Positions 59,284-64,000 of a stretch of 64,000 bases of DNA are shown here, piece by piece. Source of the stretch: Euglena gracilis (taxonomy: Eukaryota); assembly GCA_039621445.1 (NCBI GenBank), contig CP154954.1, positions 13,572,716 through 13,636,715 of the forward strand, given 5' to 3'. The notes below the pieces were generated by a model. That model was given only the letters and a program-made list of their open reading frames with translations, made no database searches and was not told the origin of the DNA. Each line of letters starts with the position of its first letter. Position 1 is the first letter of the stretch. The translations under genes and the position numbers were made by a program.

Positions 59284-61447
59284 CTGCTCATGCAGCGAGG
59301 CATGGATGTCACCGCCGTATTTCTGGGCCAGCCAGTTCCAGAAATCTTGGAACCTGACCCGTTCCCCCATCTCCTGTCGCCGATGGAGTTCCAGCCGGCT
59401 GCTGTGGTCCAGGCAGCCGGTCAGAACAAGCATTTTAAATTCCTCCCCCACTGGCTGTCCCATAGAAACCTGCTGCATATAGAGCTGAAATTTTACTGAA
59501 AAATCATGAAAATCACCTTTCAGCTCTGGTTTTACAAGGTCTTTGGTGAGGAGTGTCGCCAGCGGCCCCAAAAACATGGTGGCTGCTGGGCTGGGAGCTG
59601 CTGGCGCCATGTGGACCGGAGCTGCCTGGACCCCCCGGACCCAGGCTCCCGTGTCCTGGGACCCGAAGGCCAGAGGGGCAGCGTTGCACGATGCTGCCCC
59701 AGCCTCAGGGGCCCAGGCGAAAGGGTCCATTGCCCCCGTGAACTCCCCTCCTGCGGGGAATCCACGGGGCTGGGGGGGCCACTGGTGCTCGGCTGATTTC
59801 ATCCCAGGTTGATCCCTGCCCTGGCCCTGTAGATTTGCTGTGCCTGCTGCCTGTGGTTTCGCTGTGCTGGACTGTCCCGTCGTTCGTGAATTTTGCTGAG
59901 ACCGTTGCTGCTCCTGGGCTCCCAACCTGGCCAAAAAATTACAAAATCCGTGAGCCTTAATCTGGCGTTCCGCTTCCTCCCAATCCTCCCCCTGGAACCC
60001 GAACGTGCCAGGTGTCTGGGCAGCTGGGGTCCCTCCAGCATCGGGGACCTGGACCGGACTGCCCCCCGCAGCCATAGGACCCTGGGGCTGGCTGCCCCCC
60101 GCAGCCATGGGGCCCTGGGGCAGGCTGCTCCCCGCAACCATGGGACCCTGGGGCTGGCTGCCCCTTGGTGTCGAAGGGCCCACGCTGGCTGGGGGTACAT
60201 CCCCCTCTGCAGAGGAAACAAAACCAGGGACAACGCTGGGAGTCCTGGCCACTGAACCCACTGAACCCAGGGAAAACGGCTGAGGCAGAACTGGGGTTTG
60301 CAAAACGGTCACTGGTGAAACACGGGGATCTGGCCCCCCACAGCGGCATCACTGTGCTTTGCTTCTTGGGAAGTTGGGAAAAGGGTTTTTCTGTTACTCT
60401 GATTCTCAGTTCCCAAGTAGTGCGCCAAGGCGAAAGCGAAGGCTTTTTTGGGAATTGGGAAAGGGAATTGGGAATCAGACGTACACTGTTCCCCTTTGGC
60501 TTGGCCTTCCTGAATGGATTTTTCCCTTCTCAATGTTAAGTTGAAGTTGAAATATAACTTTCTGGGATTCGGCATGCACAAATCGTTGCTTGAAACATCA
60601 GAACCTGGGGGGAAAGGAACAATTAAAAGTCTGAAGGGAAACTTCGCTATTAAAAGTGCGTAGCCTTCCGCTACCCCCCCCCCCCCCCCCATTTTCCCCC
60701 CCCTTATTGTCCCTGGGCCCCGGCCGACAGACGGTTTTTTGGCCCGGCCAATGAAATTCCTTTGGTTGTCCCCCCCCCTGATTGTCTGATCTTGCCGGGG
60801 GCAGGTCGGTGAGACAATAAGGGGGGGGTAACCTGTGAGGCGGAGAGGGGGTGGAGCAATGCGCATCTCATCGGCAACGTCAGAAACGGTACAAACAGGG
60901 GGAAAGAATGTTACCGGCGGTACTGAGGGTACGACCCCAGGGGACCTAGAGAGTGGCCAGCAAGCAGACCTCCCGGACCAACTACGGTAGCCCATGACCA
61001 GGCTTCTGTTGCTCGCAAGCCGGACACACAGGCAGCAAAACGCCAAAGGCCAGGGCGGAAGGACCGGTCCACACCCCAAAGTCGGTGGCATCTTGGGCTT
61101 GGGTAATTCTCGGTCGCGCCTAAACACGTCTGTTTTTGGCGCGTTGTAATGCTCAGCGGTATTTCACTCAAGCAGCCAGTAAATCGGAGGGTCTCCGAGC
61201 CGAAGTTCAAGTGGGGGAGATCTACGGGGGGGGGGGGCCAAAAGTCATATGGCATTAAAGGCCGGCCAGCTTTAACCCGTGCGGTTTTATGTCGCCCTCT
61301 TGCCCTCCACCCGCTGGGCTTAATCCCTCCCCCCCTCCCGGAGGGGTATGACCGTATTTATCCCGACCCTGCAAAATTCCGCCCCCCGCCCTTGCCGTGA
61401 AAGTGAGTCGGTACCGAAGGCTGCGGCAGGGCATGCAGTGCTCACCG

Positions 61448-61908
61448 GAGGCTAGGCACAACGGGGGGGGGGGGGGGCGGGGGGGGGGGGGGGAGGGGCG
61501 CGCCGGGGGGCCGGGGGGGGGGGGGGGGGGGGGGAGGGGGGTCCGAGGGCGGCCGCGCGGGCGGAACGCATCCTAAAATCGGTGATTTTCGGATCCAAAA
61601 AGTGGTCATTTTTTGCCATTTTTGGGCCATTTTTGACCAAAAAAGTGCTTTTTTGGCCGCGCGCAGAGCGCGCGGCCCCAAATTTGCCATTTTTTGTCCG
61701 AAAATGGTCATTTTTGGTCATTTTTGGGCCTCAAAAAATCGCGATTTTTTCTCCAAAAAATTTTTTTCTTGGCTATGCTAGGCACAGTGGGGGGAGGGGG
61801 GGGTCCAGGGGGGGGCGAGCGGCCGCGCAGGCGGCCGCGCAGGGGCCGCGCGGGGGGGGGGGGGGGGGGGGGGGGGCCCGGACCCCCCCGAGCGGTGCGC
61901 CTAGCCTC
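61448..61908. mobile_element. G-tract-rich MITE-like element
   Basis: TIR GAGGCTAGGCACA / TGCGCCTAGCCTC flanked by CACCG on both sides; a related copy starts at ~63863. Confidence 0.7.
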
Positions 61909-62100
61909 CACCGTTCATGGATGCTGGGGGCCAGGCGCCGGGCCACGCGGCCGTCCGCCTCTAGCGACGCCTCCACTGCGGCCTTATCAGTCTGCCCCCC
62001 AGTGCGATCAAAATTTTAAGTCTCACATGGTGGGGGCTGAAAATTAAAATTTAAGACTCACGAGGGGGGGGGGCTGAAAATTTAAATTTTCAGTCTCACG

Positions 62101-62595
62101 GCAGGGGGGGGAAATTGATATCCGCAATTTTTCCGCAATTTCCGCAATTTTCCGCAATTTCTGCAATTTTCCGCATTTTTTCCGCAATTTCCGCAGTTTT
62201 TCCGCAATTTTCCACCATTTTTTTTGAAGAATTTTTTCCCCACCACCGAAGATGGAAGATGCAATGAGTTCAAGCCATTCTTCAAATGGATCAACAGGTG
62301 TGCTATTGTGTTTTGTTGTCCCCCCCCAGTTTACCAATTTTTCTCACAGGTGCACCACTGGTCACAGGATTGGGTGCGTCCCACCTGTGCAAAGAACATC
62401 AAGCGTGTTGATTTGTGCTCGCCTGCATCGACGTGGGTGTTGCGGTGTTCTGAACCTCACAATTGAAAATTTTCTCAGTCCCCCCAAGCAGAAATGTGTA
62501 TACCCGATATCAATTTTTCCGCAATTTTTCCGCAATTTTCGCATTTTTTCTGCAATTTTTCCGAAGGCCTCCGATATCAATTCCCCCCCCCCTGC
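62101..62595. repeat. MITE-like inverted-repeat element with internal 9-10-nt TTCCGCAATT satellites
   Basis: GCAGGGGGGGGAAATTGATATC and GATATCAATTCCCCCCCCCCTGC ends; tandem units at 62120-62210 and 62515-62560. Confidence 0.6.
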
Positions 62596-63721
62596 TCACA
62601 TGAGTGAAAATTAAAAGGCTGAAAATTAAAATTTCAGTCTCATTGGGGGGGGGGCTGAAAATTGAAAATTTAAGTCTCACATGGGGGGGGGGGGCTGAAA
62701 ATTCCATGTGGAACAAAACTAGTTAGGTGTGGCACCAAAACGGTCCAAGAAGTTGCACAAAACTGGCCAAAAGGTGTGGTGCCAAAACTGGCCGCATATG
62801 TGGTACCAGACTGGTGCCATGATGTTGCCCGAAAACTGGCCCCCACATGTGAATCTGAATCAAACAATTGTAAAGCAAATCATAATGCCCCAGATGACCA
62901 TTACGTTGTAAACAAAATGGACAAACAAACAAAAAACCTTCGAGTTTCAAGGCACAGCAACCATAGTGGGCCGACCTGTTTTTATTTGACGTTGTTTTCT
63001 TTGTTTTTTTAATTCTAACAATGTTTTTATTAAAAAAACAAAAAAAAACGCCCAGTGGGTTTTTAATGTAAATTTTTTTGAATGCACATTTTAAATGATT
63101 TTTAGCAACTTCTAGGTAATTTCTGCCAAAAACTTCCTTCCACAAAAATGAATAAAGTCATAAAATTCCATTTTTGTTGCATTTTTGGATGTTTTTGACC
63201 ATTTTTGGCAGTTTTTGCACTTAGTAGGATTCAAAGTATGGTTTGGGAGTTTCATAACGAGTTTTTTCAATGAAAATTTCCTTTTTTTGATATTTTTTTT
63301 TACTGTTTTTGAAGAAGAAAAAAACACGTTGTTTTGTTTTTTATTTATTAAAAAAAAAAAACAGAAAAGATGCCCACTATGACAGCAACAGAAATCGGAA
63401 AACATACACAACGGCCATTCCCAAGAAAAGGGAGCAGTTTAGTAGGGACATGCTCAGGTCCAGATTAGTCTTCCAATAAGTTCATTTCACGTCAATTCAC
63501 TAATTCAATGTAAGTCAACATCTTCACTGTAAGTCAACATCCCAAACTTCTCCAGCAGCAAAACAACCTTTTCAGCTTCTTGGTGTTGACTTGTCACTTG
63601 TAACTTGAAGTTGAAACTTGATGTTGATAACATACATTGATAAACCTTCCACCTTGACTTGCTCGGAACTCAAACACTACCCACTAGAGGCTTTCGGTTG
63701 TCGGGATGTGAATCAAGAAAT

Positions 63722-63723
<2 letters not shown>

Positions 63724-63780
<57 letters not shown>
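63724..63780. repeat. (AC)n microsatellite
   Basis: Pure AC run. Confidence 0.99.
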
Positions 63781-63784
<4 letters not shown>

Positions 63785-63920
63785 AAAAAATGGGGGGGAA
63801 TAGGTGGAAAATTATCTGTCGTGGTTCTTATTTCGTTCAGCGATCCACAAACCCCCCCCGTTAGGCTAGGCGCAGTGGGGGGGGGGTGAGGGGGGGGGCG
63901 AGCGGCTGCCGGCGGCCGCG

Positions 63921-63955
<35 letters not shown>

Positions 63956-64000
63956 CCGAGGGCGGCCGCGCAGGCGGTGCGGGGCCATTTTCGGGTCAAA

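Larger units (their letters stand above)
48960..60312 (-). mobile_element. Disrupted Ty3/Gypsy chromovirus-like element C with N6 and C5 MTase domains; LTRs not identified
   Basis: gag (60312-59284, 57615-56545 with CYECGKTGHLARQC), N6-MTase, C5-MTase, ALIDTGA, YVDD, VDAS, TSDRG integrase, chromo-like RWKNWDPTDLQWLP. Confidence 0.9.

Overview
Eukaryotic repeat pile-up made almost entirely of nested retroelements; no host gene is recognisable. Two copies of the euglenid spliced-leader (SL) exon suggest a euglenid host. Contents: (i) three chromodomain Ty3/Gypsy elements, A (4690-16746, minus, both LTRs), B (25020-40511, plus, both LTRs, ~7 kb accessory ORF region) and C (~48960-60312, minus, disrupted), plus B', an internally deleted relative of B; (ii) a stack of CRE/SLACS-like non-LTR elements (RT + restriction-like endonuclease) inserted into one Gypsy LTR; (iii) a TRIM-like mini-LTR element and several MITE-like insertions. 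Most striking: four retroelements of two classes carry DNA methyltransferase domains. Gypsy A and C carry both a C5-cytosine and an N6-adenine (NPPW/NPPY) domain, in opposite order. Non-LTR element D carries an N6-MTase bracketed by two 2A-like ribosome-skip motifs, one 16/18 identical to T2A. The two full-length non-LTR copies start with the SL exon, and the family shares a ~100-nt structured 3' terminus. All domain calls are from motif reading by eye; most copies are frameshifted.
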